A stretch of 58,481 nucleotides of DNA from a virus. Lineage: Duplodnaviria; Caudoviricetes. Numbering within the stretch: position 1 is the stretch's first letter; every line of letters begins with the position of its first letter. Positions 43,146-53,680 of the stretch are shown piece after piece. The notes beneath the pieces were generated by a model, which was given only the letters and a program-made list of their open reading frames with translations, had not been told where the DNA came from and did no database searches. The stretch covers positions 1-58,481 of IMG/VR virus record IMGVR_UViG_3300025132_000042. One strand, 5' to 3'. Both the position numbers and the translations under genes were made by a program.

Positions 43146-45734
43146 TTATGCAATCGGAGAAGCGAGTCCATTTATGGCCGCGGCGATTTTTTCACCCAAG
43201 CTCTTGTCCGTAACTCTTCCGATTTCTCTTCCATCCATGTGGACAACGTTATCAATCACTATCTTGGTGGCCATACGTTTTTGAGCCGATCTATACTGGC
43301 CAGCATTCATCTCTGGTCTTTGGGCGCCAGTGGCGACGGCTGCTACTGCTGCAGCAGATGCTATTTCTGCCACTGCTTCAGTATCTATAGCTGCTTGCGC
43401 TGCAGCACGATTTGTGGTTATAGCTTCAAGATTGCCGGCTGTTTCCATTACTTCAGGGGTGCCAATCTGCACTGTTTTGATTAGTCTTGTCAGCGCAATC
43501 GTCTTATTGGTATTTAAATCTTCCATAGCCTCGCCAATCTCTTCAATGGCATCCGCTATCTTGGACATGTTTTCTACTGTGTTGCTGAATTTATCAAACT
43601 CAGTTAGGAGATTAGTCATGTTGGTTGTATCCATACTTTGCAAGGTTTCATTAAACATAGCAAAGCTTTTTGCCGTCATTAACATCCCGGCGCCAATTAA
43701 GGCTATTCCACCACCCAGATAAAGGAGAGCAGAGCCTGCGACGGCGGCCACGGGTGCTGTCTTGGCTAGAACGAAGATCATTAATGTAAACGCTAGTGTA
43801 AAGCCAATTATTGCTGCAGCGGCTGGCCATGCTGCGTCCCCTAAGCCTCCAAAGCTCTGAGCCATGAATCCTAAGCCAATGGCGCCGGCGGCGACGCCCA
43901 GCCCAATGAGAAGGACTGCAGCGCCAAAGGCAAACATGAGCGGTGTCAATTTAGCTAAAGAGACGGCGGTTGCATCAGACAACAGTATGGATTCTTTAGT
44001 TACTTCATTTTTAGTTTTTTCTGCGCCGGCAAGCCCCAAAAGCCCTATGGCACGGAGGCTTTCTATTACAAACAGCCCCATCATTGTAGCTTTATAAAGA
44101 ACAAAGGCGCCAACAAGAGCCATTATCACATAGCCCAAGCCAGTCGCGAACCCTTTATTCGTTGCGAGGAAGTCACCAAATTTCTGCAGTAAGTCGATTG
44201 CTGGCTCAAGAACTACAATAAGACTCCGCATAGCGCCGTTAAACTTTTCTTGAACTTTTGTTGCTTCCGCTGCTTTTTTCTCTAATTCAACAATTTCGGC
44301 TTGGCTTAATTGTGCTGAATCTGCTAAGCCTTCTAAATTGCCAGACATCAACATTGCTAGTTCATTCGGGCTATCAAGACCTACTGACTCAGCAATGAAT
44401 TTTCTTTGGTAGTATCCCATGGTGTCATATTCTAGCCCTGCAGCCGATAGCGAGTCTCTGATCATTTCAAAACGTTCAACAGGATCAGTTGCCATCATAA
44501 GATCCATAGCATTAACAAAGTTTCCGCCTAGCGCCGCATTAAGCTTACCGGCTTGGGTGGCTGCTCCGTCAAACGTATCGAATGCTTCTGATATCTTGAT
44601 TATCTTGTTGATTTCAAGGCCTGTTTTCTTGAAAGCGAATGCAAGCCTAGCAAATGCCATTGGGCCATCTTTACCCAGTTTAGCTAAAGCTCCGCTAGAG
44701 GCTTGAAACTCTTTTGCCATCATTTGGGGTGGTATCTGTAGCTTGGACGCCAAAGCTTCAAGTTGCATGGCTGTCTGAGCGGCCTGTGGGCCCGTTTGGC
44801 CGAAAGCTTTGTTAGATGCTTGCACACCAGCAGCAAAGTCTTTGAAGTCTACTCCACGGCGTCCTAAGAGTGCACCAATTTTGCCGATTTCGTCTCTTGT
44901 TTCTGGGCTTAAAGTAGTAAAATCAGTGAATGTGGTATAAAGTGCTGCGTTCGCGTCGGAAACCTCAGATATCTGAACCCCAAGTTGCCGCAAGTCTTCA
45001 TACTGTCCGCGAATTGATTTAGCAAACTCTCTCGACGAGCCGGTGGTTTTGATAAAATTAGCTTCTGCTTCTTCAAGGGCAAAAACGAGACCTACAACAG
45101 AGTCGAGATAAGACCTTACCGCCGCGGCGCCTAATGCTTTTGCCATACCTTGGAGTGCGATCCGACCACCCTTGAATGCCTTTGTTAATTTTTCTGCGTT
45201 TTCAACATTAAAAAATTTATTCTTCTCATATACAGCGAAAACCGTGCCAAGGGTTTTACCAATTTCTTTTGCTACCGTTAGTTGTTCTTTATATGCCTCG
45301 TTTTGTTTTCTGAGTTGATCGACTTTTTCTTTTTGTTTTAAAACTTCTTCGTCAGTTACTGACTTAGTTTCAAGTAAAATTTGAAGTTGTTTTTGTTCAA
45401 CTGCTAGTTGGGCGTCTAAAACTTCCTGTTTGTACCTTCCGCTTGTATTTATATTTTGGTACGCTACGAGTTGCTGCTTTAAGACCTCTAGCTCTTCGAA
45501 CAATGCAGCTTTTGAATTCCTGCGTTGACGAATCATGTCTTGGGTTATAGAGCGCTGGTCTGATATCGCAGCTTTGATGTTACCGTGTTCGCGAAGGGCT
45601 GCAGCTAATAAAGCTTTTTGTTCTTCATCGAGAGTTTTTCCAAGACTCTGAAGCCTTTGAATCTCTTTTAAGCCTTCAATGATCTCTTCTTGGATCTGTA
45701 AATCTTCTCTGGTGTATTTTATGCCGTCAGCCAA
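43146..45734 (-). CDS. tail tape measure protein
   Basis: 862 aa, helical and Ala-rich with a hydrophobic G/A-rich block; canonical position after tube and chaperones; TTG start. Confidence 0.8.
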   Translation of the reverse strand: MADGIKYTREDLQIQEEIIEGLKEIQRLQSLGKTLDEEQKALLAAALREHGNIKAAISDQRSITQDMIRQRRNSKAALFEELEVLKQQLVAYQNINTSGRYKQEVLDAQLAVEQKQLQILLETKSVTDEEVLKQKEKVDQLRKQNEAYKEQLTVAKEIGKTLGTVFAVYEKNKFFNVENAEKLTKAFKGGRIALQGMAKALGAAAVRSYLDSVVGLVFALEEAEANFIKTTGSSREFAKSIRGQYEDLRQLGVQISEVSDANAALYTTFTDFTTLSPETRDEIGKIGALLGRRGVDFKDFAAGVQASNKAFGQTGPQAAQTAMQLEALASKLQIPPQMMAKEFQASSGALAKLGKDGPMAFARLAFAFKKTGLEINKIIKISEAFDTFDGAATQAGKLNAALGGNFVNAMDLMMATDPVERFEMIRDSLSAAGLEYDTMGYYQRKFIAESVGLDSPNELAMLMSGNLEGLADSAQLSQAEIVELEKKAAEATKVQEKFNGAMRSLIVVLEPAIDLLQKFGDFLATNKGFATGLGYVIMALVGAFVLYKATMMGLFVIESLRAIGLLGLAGAEKTKNEVTKESILLSDATAVSLAKLTPLMFAFGAAVLLIGLGVAAGAIGLGFMAQSFGGLGDAAWPAAAAIIGFTLAFTLMIFVLAKTAPVAAVAGSALLYLGGGIALIGAGMLMTAKSFAMFNETLQSMDTTNMTNLLTEFDKFSNTVENMSKIADAIEEIGEAMEDLNTNKTIALTRLIKTVQIGTPEVMETAGNLEAITTNRAAAQAAIDTEAVAEIASAAAVAAVATGAQRPEMNAGQYRSAQKRMATKIVIDNVVHMDGREIGRVTDKSLGEKIAAAINGLASPIA

Positions 45735-45770
45735 GGTATAGTTCTCCCATGCTATAAATGTACTCTAAGA

Positions 45771-45779
45771 TTAATTAGT
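45771..45779 (-). promoter_or_regulatory. putative late promoter motif ACTAATTAA
   Basis: Upstream of the tape measure gene. Confidence 0.5.
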
Positions 45780-45785
45780 TATACA

Positions 45786-45812
45786 AGAAAAAAGACGGAG
45801 TTAACCGTCTTT
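45786..45812 (-). terminator. intrinsic terminator
   Basis: AAAGACGG-TTAACT-CCGTCTTT followed by TTTCTT. Confidence 0.65.
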
Positions 45813-46062
45813 ACATATTCTCAAACTGTGCCGGCAGATGAGGCTGGTTTGCTTCCGATAAAACCTGCGAGTTACGACCGCCACCTTTTTGAGCCGTTTC
45901 AATTGCTTCTTTTTCGGCCTCTAGTTGTCTCACAAGTCTTTCAACAAACCACTTTCGTAATCCAACAGGCAAGTTATATGCTTCAGAAAACGACCAGCCA
46001 CCTGAATACTTCAGGAAAAAGAATTGCTCATATATGTTTTCCATATACTCATCGGTCAGGCC
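45811..46062 (-). CDS. tail assembly chaperone C-terminal extension (probably reached by frameshift)
   Basis: Open frame overlapping the upstream gene at TTTTTTT; YEQFFFLKYSGGWSFSEAYNLPVGLRKWF. Confidence 0.6.
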   Translation of the reverse strand, partial: GLTDEYMENIYEQFFFLKYSGGWSFSEAYNLPVGLRKWFVERLVRQLEAEKEAIETAQKGGGRNSQVLSEANQPHLPAQFENM

Positions 46063-46906
46063 AAAAAAAGTCCGCATTAAGCGGGACCTCCATGTCCTGC
46101 TCGTGATCGCACTCGCCACAAGCAAATATCTGAGTTAAATCTATGTTAGGAGAGGCGGCTTTGTAAGCTGCTCTCAAGTGCCTAGCATCAATTGCTGGTA
46201 TGTTTTCAACAAAATATTGAATTGCTTCTTTTGAAGAATCTCCGTTTACTGCCAATACCATGAATGCGATTTGTCTGGTTATATTTCTTTCGTGGGACTT
46301 GGATTTTTTGTCTTTTTCCATACCATTCAGCAAGAGCTTTTCATCATGACCAGTAAGCAACCTGAAAGTGACCCCAACCTTGGTTTTTGGCAATGTGACG
46401 TCAAAGGTGCCATTTTCATTATTCGTAACCCCCAAAGATTCACAGTCCTCTCCCGAATATACAGTAGCCGTTCTTAAATCAAAAGAATATTTTTGATTTG
46501 CTCCGCAAGTAGGACACACTACTGTGGTATTGTAGTCACTGCCATATCCGGATATTCTAGTTGCCACAATGATTGCATTTTTGTCTGCAACATATAAAGT
46601 ATCGGTATTGATGTTTTTATCCAGAATTAAACTAGATAATACTCGCTCCAAAGCAATACCTTTTCGCAACAGCGTTTGAGACGTTAGCATGTCTTCTTCT
46701 TTCGCTGTCATTTGTTTTATTTCGATACTTGTCTGCTTGTGCAGAGGGTGACCTTCTGGGTAGTATCTACCCCCTGTTGGCAGCTCCACAAACTCGCTGG
46801 GCACGACAAAAGAAAATCCGGGATTTTCATTTTGCATAACTTGTGAAGGTGCGGGACTAGTGTCCTGTTGATGAGCGCCTAAGCGATCATTGTTGTTTCT
46901 CGACAA
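46049..46906 (-). CDS. tail/baseplate assembly chaperone (T4 gp26-like)
   Basis: VELPTGG.YYP, MTAKEEDML, CPTC and CGEC Zn sites, ends DFFWPDR. Confidence 0.75.
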   Translation of the reverse strand: MSRNNNDRLGAHQQDTSPAPSQVMQNENPGFSFVVPSEFVELPTGGRYYPEGHPLHKQTSIEIKQMTAKEEDMLTSQTLLRKGIALERVLSSLILDKNINTDTLYVADKNAIIVATRISGYGSDYNTTVVCPTCGANQKYSFDLRTATVYSGEDCESLGVTNNENGTFDVTLPKTKVGVTFRLLTGHDEKLLLNGMEKDKKSKSHERNITRQIAFMVLAVNGDSSKEAIQYFVENIPAIDARHLRAAYKAASPNIDLTQIFACGECDHEQDMEVPLNADFFWPDR

Positions 46907-46938
46907 TTTACACCTCTCGTTTTATTTTGTCTTTGTTA

Positions 46939-47526
46939 TTATACTCTAAAGAACTCTTGACCTTGAGTACCATTGACTGAAGAAGACGGTCTAGCGGTTT
47001 CAACGCGAGCCCAATCATATTTAATGGTGACGGCCATTTCGACCAATTCATCATCGCCATAAGCCAAGTCGCCATATTTGACTTCAGTAAGGAATGAGTT
47101 CCAGAGTGTCCAAGTTTCAAGTGGGTTGCCTTCAGCATCAATTTGAGTAATAATAATAGTTCCGAGCGCGCCGGCGGCCTTTGCTTTAGACATAGTGCCT
47201 AACGAGTTGCTGTCAGTGGGCGGGGAATAACCTGATTGTACCACAATGTCGGAAAAAGTTGCAGTTGCGTCTGGGTCAACTGGATCAACAAGAGTTAATG
47301 ATACGTCCTGCCAAGTGACAGAGCCGGGATAATAAAATGTGTGATTTAAAAATTTGTGCTCCGAAGAAGCAATCTGAAAAGAGGGCTTGGATACGGTCTT
47401 GGCATACCATACGGTAGCACCGCCGATTGGCGAATCAATCCCTTGAAATTCGACTGTAAATCTAAATTTTCTTTTTGGGTCTTTTAAAGTTGTGTCTTGA
47501 CTAAAATCTGTTGACCAGAATGGCAT
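46939..47526 (-). CDS. tail tube protein (gp19-like)
   Basis: PKRKFRF, YPGSVTWQDVSLT, ETWTL, YGDLAY, TIKYDWA; follows the sheath. Confidence 0.85.
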   Translation of the reverse strand: MPFWSTDFSQDTTLKDPKRKFRFTVEFQGIDSPIGGATVWYAKTVSKPSFQIASSEHKFLNHTFYYPGSVTWQDVSLTLVDPVDPDATATFSDIVVQSGYSPPTDSNSLGTMSKAKAAGALGTIIITQIDAEGNPLETWTLWNSFLTEVKYGDLAYGDDELVEMAVTIKYDWARVETARPSSSVNGTQGQEFFRV

Positions 47527-47560
47527 GGTTTAGGTACTCCTGTTAGTGTTTATCCTATTT

Positions 47561-47569
47561 TTAAGTAGT
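47561..47569 (-). promoter_or_regulatory. putative late promoter motif ACTACTTAA
   Basis: Between sheath and tube, downstream of a GTGGGGG/CCCCCGC hairpin. Confidence 0.55.
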
Positions 47570-47597
47570 TGCGCGGGGGAAATCCCCCACGACTTTT

Positions 47598-50500
47598 TTA
47601 ATCATCAAATGATGCACCGGAAGATGCAATCACGAAGTCGATTGCGATGAATTCGATTGCGCGGGCCGGCTTGACCATAATCTTCGCGTAGAGGATGTTT
47701 TGGTCAATAAGGTCCGGAGTCGTGGTTGTTTCATCAAGAATCAGACGATAATCAGTGATACCGAACTGAACTTTAACGTTCGCGAGGAACGGCTCAACCA
47801 AGGACTTGAATCGATTCCAAGTTGATTGTACGTTTTGTTCGAAGAGCACCTGCGAAGATATAATCGAGATTTGCTTCTTCAAGTAAATAACCAATCTACG
47901 GACATTGATTCTGTCGAGGGCACTTTGGCGCTCTTGGAGAGTCTTCTGGCCGAATACTACGATTCCGGTTGATGGGAATGAAGCAATTGGGTTAATGTTA
48001 CTGTCGTAGAGTGTATCGCGCTGCTTACTCGTAAGCTTTTCGGTAACTCCGATAATTGGAATACCGGCTGCTCCATCGGTCAGGCCACCGCGGTTAAATC
48101 CGGCGGGAGCAAACCAAACATCGGTTTTAGCTTGTGAGCTTGCAAGAACACCAAGCATCGCAACAGTTGGCGGAATCCAAACGTTGGCGCCTGTGTTGTC
48201 ATCGCGTGTTTGAACCCACGGATAGAACGTTGCACCATAGCTTGAGTCAATTCTGCGAGTGCGGAGCGCTTCAGCTGCCCTAACTGGTGTAGTTTGAAGT
48301 GCAGCCGATTTGTCCGAGTTATATGACTCATGGTTTGGCACATAGACGCTTGGAAGGTCTATAAGAGCCATGGCATCGCCGCGGTTTTCACAGACATTAA
48401 TCGCATGTTCAGTCAGTGCATTATTCGTGAGGCCCGGAACAGTTAACAAGTTCATGTCGACTACTTCGGGATCTGAAACCGTATCAATAGCTCTGCGATA
48501 CGTGTGGTAGATGTAGCTTGTATCTTCGGTAGATGTCGTAGACATTCCTGCATTATATAACGGATCTGGCTTGAAGATATCGAACCCATCGAAACCACCG
48601 TAGAACGGAGCGGTGAAGTTACCGTATCCCGCATTCAAGAGACCATCAATAGAGCCCGAAGTGACGGATCCATTAGCAATTCCTGCTGTAAGACTGTCGG
48701 CATCCTCAAGCTTGACATTAGAGCGAGATCCTGACTGATAGTAGTAGTTACCGTTGGGATCAAGGACAACATCATTGAGACTGAATACGTATGAATAAGC
48801 ATCAACACCGGGGTATGAAGTTGGGTTTAACTCCGGAGTACCGGTGTTTGCAGTAATATCATCCGGGAAGCCACCATATAACAAGTTGTGGGTATCAAGG
48901 ACGCTAGCATCTGCGCGAGTAGAACCGCTTGTTCTCGTAGTTGAGATACCAAAGTAAGAGTCGGTTGGATCTGATTGTCCACCGGCACTGGCTGATACCC
49001 GCAAGCGATCTTTCGGGAAGAAAAACGAGGCTGTAGCTGCTTGAACTGGGACGAACAAGTCGGCCGGGCCGCATCCAGTCTTGCCTCCTGCAACATTGAG
49101 TGCGAATCGGACGCCGGCTCCTTGGGCGCCGCCGACTGTGAGCGCTCCACCACTCATCGGGGTTGCACCAGCAACGTTGCCACTACCGCTCAGCCCTTGT
49201 GCGTTGATAATAAATGTGTTTGCAAACTGGTGACCGACACTGGCGCTGATCAAGTTTCTGAACTTGGGAGGCCCGAAGTAACCGAATGGGAGCAGCGAAG
49301 GTTCGGCACCACCTTCATCAACTTTATCATTCATGTCTACCCAGACATATTTCGATTGGTTGTCATAGTTGCCGTACTCTTTGAGTCTGCGTTCGTTGGA
49401 GTCCCATTCAACATATTTGTCACCGATTACTCGTGCAATATAGTTTGGAGATTTGGGATCAAGGCTGCAGTTGTCGAATCTTTCAAAAACAGTGACATTG
49501 TTGTCAGTGTCGTTAATATCACGGAGCAATACTGTGAAAGTTCCGTAATCCGTAAGCGTTGTGTTCGATTTCCTAATGTTGGTAATCGATACCTTGATGT
49601 TTTTGTGTAACCATCCGCCGTGGCCGCGGCCCTTGAGTCGGAAAAGCTTTTGTTGAGCTTGTGGCTCAAAACCTCTGGTGACTCCGTTAATTTCTTGGCC
49701 AATAATCCAACCAGTTCTGGCTTCTGTTGAGGCCTGACCTTCAAACGCATGAGGGCCAGTAGTGGCTGTTCCACTTAAGGCCAGTCCGAGAACAACACCA
49801 TGTAGATTAGTCAAGCTGTCCATACCGCGATCGCGCAGTTCTTGTTCAAAAGATTCACCCAGAACAATATCATCTGCCGCTGATTGTGGATAAAAAGCGC
49901 CAGCTGTTGAAAGCAATGTTGGGTTTGTGTTGACCCGACGACGAATAAACTTATCACTTGAGTCATCAAAATTAAACTTAATTCTTCGAGAACCCTTGTT
50001 AGAGCCACTGACACATAGTGTAAACAGGCCGTCGGTTCCCATTGATACAACTGCGCCGGCGGCTTCTACGACTTTACCCACAGAGGCAGTACATCCGGTC
50101 CCTTCATCATCACCTTGACGAATGGTGCCTCGAAGCTGAACCGAGCCAGTGTTCATGTAGAATACAGCCGCTAAGTGAAGGGCCCCAGAAGTTTCTCCAA
50201 GAAGATCCATTGAAGATCCTGACTTGGCCACAAAAAGACCGTACGCGCCGCCATTTGCACTAGACTTGGAGGCCGCGGCAGTTCCTAAGTTCTGGGTTGT
50301 TTTGTAGCCTGCTGCAGCAGCGCCGCCGGCAGAACTACCAGCATTAGTTTGCTGGCCCAAAAGTCTTATGTAAGTGAGGGGAGCGACGTTTGCACGCAAG
50401 AATGCTTTTGCTGCGTAAGTTCCGTACATTGGTGACTGAAAGTTTCCATAGCGGTAGACGTCTCCGCCGCCGTTACCGGGAACGGTATCGCCGAACAATT

Positions 50501-50669
50501 CAACAAATTTTGAATAGGACTCGATTTTTGTTGGCGTCATCGCCAAGCCGCGCGCTGATCGACCAATTACTACTGGTCCTATTGCGTCTGCTGACTTAGG
50601 TATAAAGGAGTTATCAATTTCATTGATAAATACTCCGGGAGATACGAATTTGAATTTTTTGACTGACAT
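47598..50669 (-). CDS. tail sheath protein (gp18-like)
   Basis: FVSPGVFINEIDNS, WFAPAGFNRG, FGQKTLQ, DRINVRRL, VKPARAIEFI. Confidence 0.95.
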   Translation of the reverse strand: MSVKKFKFVSPGVFINEIDNSFIPKSADAIGPVVIGRSARGLAMTPTKIESYSKFVELFGDTVPGNGGGDVYRYGNFQSPMYGTYAAKAFLRANVAPLTYIRLLGQQTNAGSSAGGAAAAGYKTTQNLGTAAASKSSANGGAYGLFVAKSGSSMDLLGETSGALHLAAVFYMNTGSVQLRGTIRQGDDEGTGCTASVGKVVEAAGAVVSMGTDGLFTLCVSGSNKGSRRIKFNFDDSSDKFIRRRVNTNPTLLSTAGAFYPQSAADDIVLGESFEQELRDRGMDSLTNLHGVVLGLALSGTATTGPHAFEGQASTEARTGWIIGQEINGVTRGFEPQAQQKLFRLKGRGHGGWLHKNIKVSITNIRKSNTTLTDYGTFTVLLRDINDTDNNVTVFERFDNCSLDPKSPNYIARVIGDKYVEWDSNERRLKEYGNYDNQSKYVWVDMNDKVDEGGAEPSLLPFGYFGPPKFRNLISASVGHQFANTFIINAQGLSGSGNVAGATPMSGGALTVGGAQGAGVRFALNVAGGKTGCGPADLFVPVQAATASFFFPKDRLRVSASAGGQSDPTDSYFGISTTRTSGSTRADASVLDTHNLLYGGFPDDITANTGTPELNPTSYPGVDAYSYVFSLNDVVLDPNGNYYYQSGSRSNVKLEDADSLTAGIANGSVTSGSIDGLLNAGYGNFTAPFYGGFDGFDIFKPDPLYNAGMSTTSTEDTSYIYHTYRRAIDTVSDPEVVDMNLLTVPGLTNNALTEHAINVCENRGDAMALIDLPSVYVPNHESYNSDKSAALQTTPVRAAEALRTRRIDSSYGATFYPWVQTRDDNTGANVWIPPTVAMLGVLASSQAKTDVWFAPAGFNRGGLTDGAAGIPIIGVTEKLTSKQRDTLYDSNINPIASFPSTGIVVFGQKTLQERQSALDRINVRRLVIYLKKQISIISSQVLFEQNVQSTWNRFKSLVEPFLANVKVQFGITDYRLILDETTTTPDLIDQNILYAKIMVKPARAIEFIAIDFVIASSGASFDD

Positions 50670-50718
50670 GTTTTAACTTCCCCTCGATAAATTAGATATG
50701 TGATAGTGCAATCATACT

Positions 50719-50727
50719 TTAAATAGT
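50719..50727 (-). promoter_or_regulatory. putative late promoter motif ACTATTTAA
   Basis: Upstream of the sheath gene. Confidence 0.6.
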
Positions 50728-50801
50728 GTTTTTAAACCCAAAAGGCTTCAAAAGCCTGTTCAGGAACTAATAAAAAGATCTGGTATTCTTCTCAGGAACC
50801 A

Positions 50802-51707
50802 TTATTTTAAGTCACCGAAGAAGTTCATCTCGCCGGCGGGGGCCTCTCTTTCTTGCGGATAGGATACTTCTACAACGTTTTCGTCTATTCTAACAATCGG
50901 TCTGTCATCGTTTTTACCTTCGCCAATTAAGTATCCTAAAACTTTTATGTTTATTTCAGTTTGGAACAACCGAGTATCTTCACTTAAATTTGCAACATTG
51001 TTGTTTTGTGCAAAGTTTTGCTCGATAAATGCTTCATACAGATGCCCGTCACGCTTCAAAACAAAAGAATTTATTTGGCCAGTTCTGGTTATGAATGGTG
51101 CTATTAAGTCGTTCATCTGTTGTTGGTACTCAGTTTTCATTATAATCTTATAATCAATATTCACATATACCGGGATCGGAATAGATAAAGATTGTATTAC
51201 TACTTTGGAATTTTTCCTTGGGTACCACAGTTGCCTTTTTTTGTCCGAAGGTTTGGCGGCGATTCCATTTGGATCTATGCGAGCACCAGAAGCAACTGCA
51301 AAGTTTCTAGTCTTATCTTCTACTATCCTTTTTGCTATTACTATTCTGCCTGTTCGGCCATCTTTATTTTTAGAATACAGGTGAGCTTGAAACCCGCCTT
51401 TTCTATTGGGATCTTTTGTCATTGCGGTTCTTTGAATTGAGATTACTGGCAATTTAAGGGCGCCATCATCATCCCTTAGTTCTTTCGCATTCTTTATTTG
51501 AAACGATCGCTCGGGAGATTGCCACAAAACTGGTATTCTTCTTGAACCTTCGTTGGTTATGGCTGATAATTTTAAATCTTCTTTTAACCAAGATACCATA
51601 GCGTAATCAATCGTCTCTATCGTCGATGAAAGCATGCCAATTTCTTTTAATGTAGCTTTTGACGCACCGGAGGGCAGTAAAGCAAAGTCAAAATTGTCAG
51701 GAAGCAT
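50802..51707 (-). CDS. tail terminator / sheath stabiliser (gp15-like)
   Basis: IPVLWQSPER, LPVISIQR, P.YVNIDY; position between neck and sheath. Confidence 0.7.
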   Translation of the reverse strand: MLPDNFDFALLPSGASKATLKEIGMLSSTIETIDYAMVSWLKEDLKLSAITNEGSRRIPVLWQSPERSFQIKNAKELRDDDGALKLPVISIQRTAMTKDPNRKGGFQAHLYSKNKDGRTGRIVIAKRIVEDKTRNFAVASGARIDPNGIAAKPSDKKRQLWYPRKNSKVVIQSLSIPIPVYVNIDYKIIMKTEYQQQMNDLIAPFITRTGQINSFVLKRDGHLYEAFIEQNFAQNNNVANLSEDTRLFQTEINIKVLGYLIGEGKNDDRPIVRIDENVVEVSYPQEREAPAGEMNFFGDLK

Positions 51708-52185
51708 TGAAAAGTCCTCTTCTAGCTCTTCTGCATCTTGCAGCTATTTCAAAATCTTGGCCGGCCTGACCAAAAAGCAAGCGTGGCTCGCTGAGTTTGA
51801 CTATCTCATAGTAACTATCGTTGTAAAGTACAAAATCACCTTCTCTGACATATAAGTCTTGATCTTCTTCCAATCTTCTTTTGTGAAAATGCACCATAAT
51901 CTCCCAACTTTTATCAATACCAACATCTTCCATATAATCAGTAGAGAAGTCGGTGTATTCAATTAACGCATATACTCGTATTGGCGGTAAAAACGTTTTT
52001 TCAACAGCTTCGCCGTATAATTCGTGAAAATTGGTCGTTGATAAATCGATAGAATAATAAAGTATTTGTTGACCAATTATTTTTTCTATTAATTCGTCGT
52101 TAACTTGTTTTACAAGGTCTCTTTCTTTTTTCCCAAGAAACAAGGGTGGCGGCGGGGCATCTGGCTTTTTCCAATCATTAGACAT
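51697..52185 (-). CDS. neck/head-completion protein (gp14-like)
   Basis: ILYY, LYGEA, REGDFV, YYEIV; synteny. Confidence 0.7.
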   Translation of the reverse strand: MSNDWKKPDAPPPPLFLGKKERDLVKQVNDELIEKIIGQQILYYSIDLSTTNFHELYGEAVEKTFLPPIRVYALIEYTDFSTDYMEDVGIDKSWEIMVHFHKRRLEEDQDLYVREGDFVLYNDSYYEIVKLSEPRLLFGQAGQDFEIAARCRRARRGLFNAS

Positions 52186-52193
52186 TCTTCAAG

Positions 52194-53486
52194 TTATCCT
52201 ACAAATATTGGCAGCGGTGAGTTTTTCAAAGTGGCCGTTGCTGCATCAGCTTTTTCTTGATCAGTCTTCATTAGTGCTGGATATTCCATTTCTTTGAGCA
52301 TTTCTTTTAGCTTGTCTCTGAGTTCAAGTTGTTCTTCTTTAGCTTGTGATAATAGTTCGCTATAGTTTAGTGTTACACTTTCGCCGGGAATTGGAACAGT
52401 CGTAAACTTACCGCGGATCTGGCCGAGCATCTCTTTGCAAAGTGCCAACGAATATTTTCTAATCCATTGTTTACCGATGGAGTTGATGTTGTTGTATGGG
52501 ATGTTTGCAAAAGGAAGTGTGTTCATGTTGTTAATACCATTTACGCCGGATTCAAATGCATCAGTTTCATCCCACGCATTTTCTTCTATATAAAACCTGA
52601 AGAAGATCCTGTCGTCCGGACCAAACGAATAATCGCTCGGTGTGGGGTACAATCTTAATCGATTTGCTATTATTTCGTAGGAGTAATGAGACGTTCTTGT
52701 ATAGATTGAGTCTTCATACATAATTGCCTGCATTTTATTTTGCCACGTTGGTACAATTTCGAAAGTTGAATCATCTGCGAACTGTCCGTATGTGGAATAA
52801 TTACCAACGACTCCGATTCCGCCATAATAACCATAAAATCTCCACATAGCTCTTGGGGATTTATAAAAAACTTTGGTTACAATTATCCTTTTGTTATCTA
52901 CTTTGCCAGAAAAACCTATATTGTTCCCAGAATCGTCTTTTCCGCTGGCTGAGGCGGTTTCTACGATTGTTTGTAGATCATAATCCTGCATATTGGTCAC
53001 TGGGGCGAATGAAGCTGAATACTGTCTTTGGGTACCGCCCATACCACTGATTGAAGATAACCCATCTCCGACTTTTTTGGCAATTGAAAAATGCATTTTT
53101 GGCATTTTTAATTCAACGTGAGTACCTCCCAAACTAGAAGATAGTGAACCAGACTTCATATTACCTAAATGGTCAAAGGTGCCTGTAGCGTTACCTATAT
53201 AATCTGAGAGGACATTTTTGCTTTGGTGTAAATTTACAATATACGAATATTCTAGGACCGCCTCTTCATAGGCTGAGTAAACATTTGCTGGTGTTAACTC
53301 AATATCTATGACATCACCACCCAGCTTTTTATAAACGTAATTAACTTGTAGGGCGGCGCCGCTTAGGAAATCAATCGAACCAGTATACATCCCAAATGGC
53401 ACGGCTGCAGCTACTTTGTCTGCACTGCCTGTTGAGGTTAGGACTATGGCGCTTGTTTGTGAAATTGGATTTAAATCGGTTGGCAT
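52194..53486 (-). CDS. neck protein (gp13-like head-tail adaptor)
   Basis: KLGGDVIDIEL, WIRKYSLALCKEMLGQIRGKF, PG..VTLN, PIFVG. Confidence 0.8.
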   Translation of the reverse strand: MPTDLNPISQTSAIVLTSTGSADKVAAAVPFGMYTGSIDFLSGAALQVNYVYKKLGGDVIDIELTPANVYSAYEEAVLEYSYIVNLHQSKNVLSDYIGNATGTFDHLGNMKSGSLSSSLGGTHVELKMPKMHFSIAKKVGDGLSSISGMGGTQRQYSASFAPVTNMQDYDLQTIVETASASGKDDSGNNIGFSGKVDNKRIIVTKVFYKSPRAMWRFYGYYGGIGVVGNYSTYGQFADDSTFEIVPTWQNKMQAIMYEDSIYTRTSHYSYEIIANRLRLYPTPSDYSFGPDDRIFFRFYIEENAWDETDAFESGVNGINNMNTLPFANIPYNNINSIGKQWIRKYSLALCKEMLGQIRGKFTTVPIPGESVTLNYSELLSQAKEEQLELRDKLKEMLKEMEYPALMKTDQEKADAATATLKNSPLPIFVG

Positions 53487-53514
53487 TAAAAATGGTTCCT
53501 TTGACGTCTATAAG

Positions 53515-53523
53515 TTAAATAGT
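53515..53523 (-). promoter_or_regulatory. putative late promoter motif ACTATTTAA
   Basis: Upstream of the neck gene. Confidence 0.6.
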
Positions 53524-53605
53524 TTTTCATAATACAAAAAATGAAAATCTCAAAAATTTACCGGCGAAAAAATTTGAGAAATCAACTTTTTGGCAGTTAG
53601 CTAGC

Positions 53606-53639
53606 AAAATAAAGCCCCGTGTCCTTTTGGAACGGGGCT
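53606..53639 (-). terminator. intrinsic terminator
   Basis: AGCCCCGT...ACGGGGCT followed by TTATTTT. Confidence 0.7.
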
Positions 53640-53680
53640 CTAATCCTTTGTTGAATAATGATGCGTCGTATTTGCTGTTT

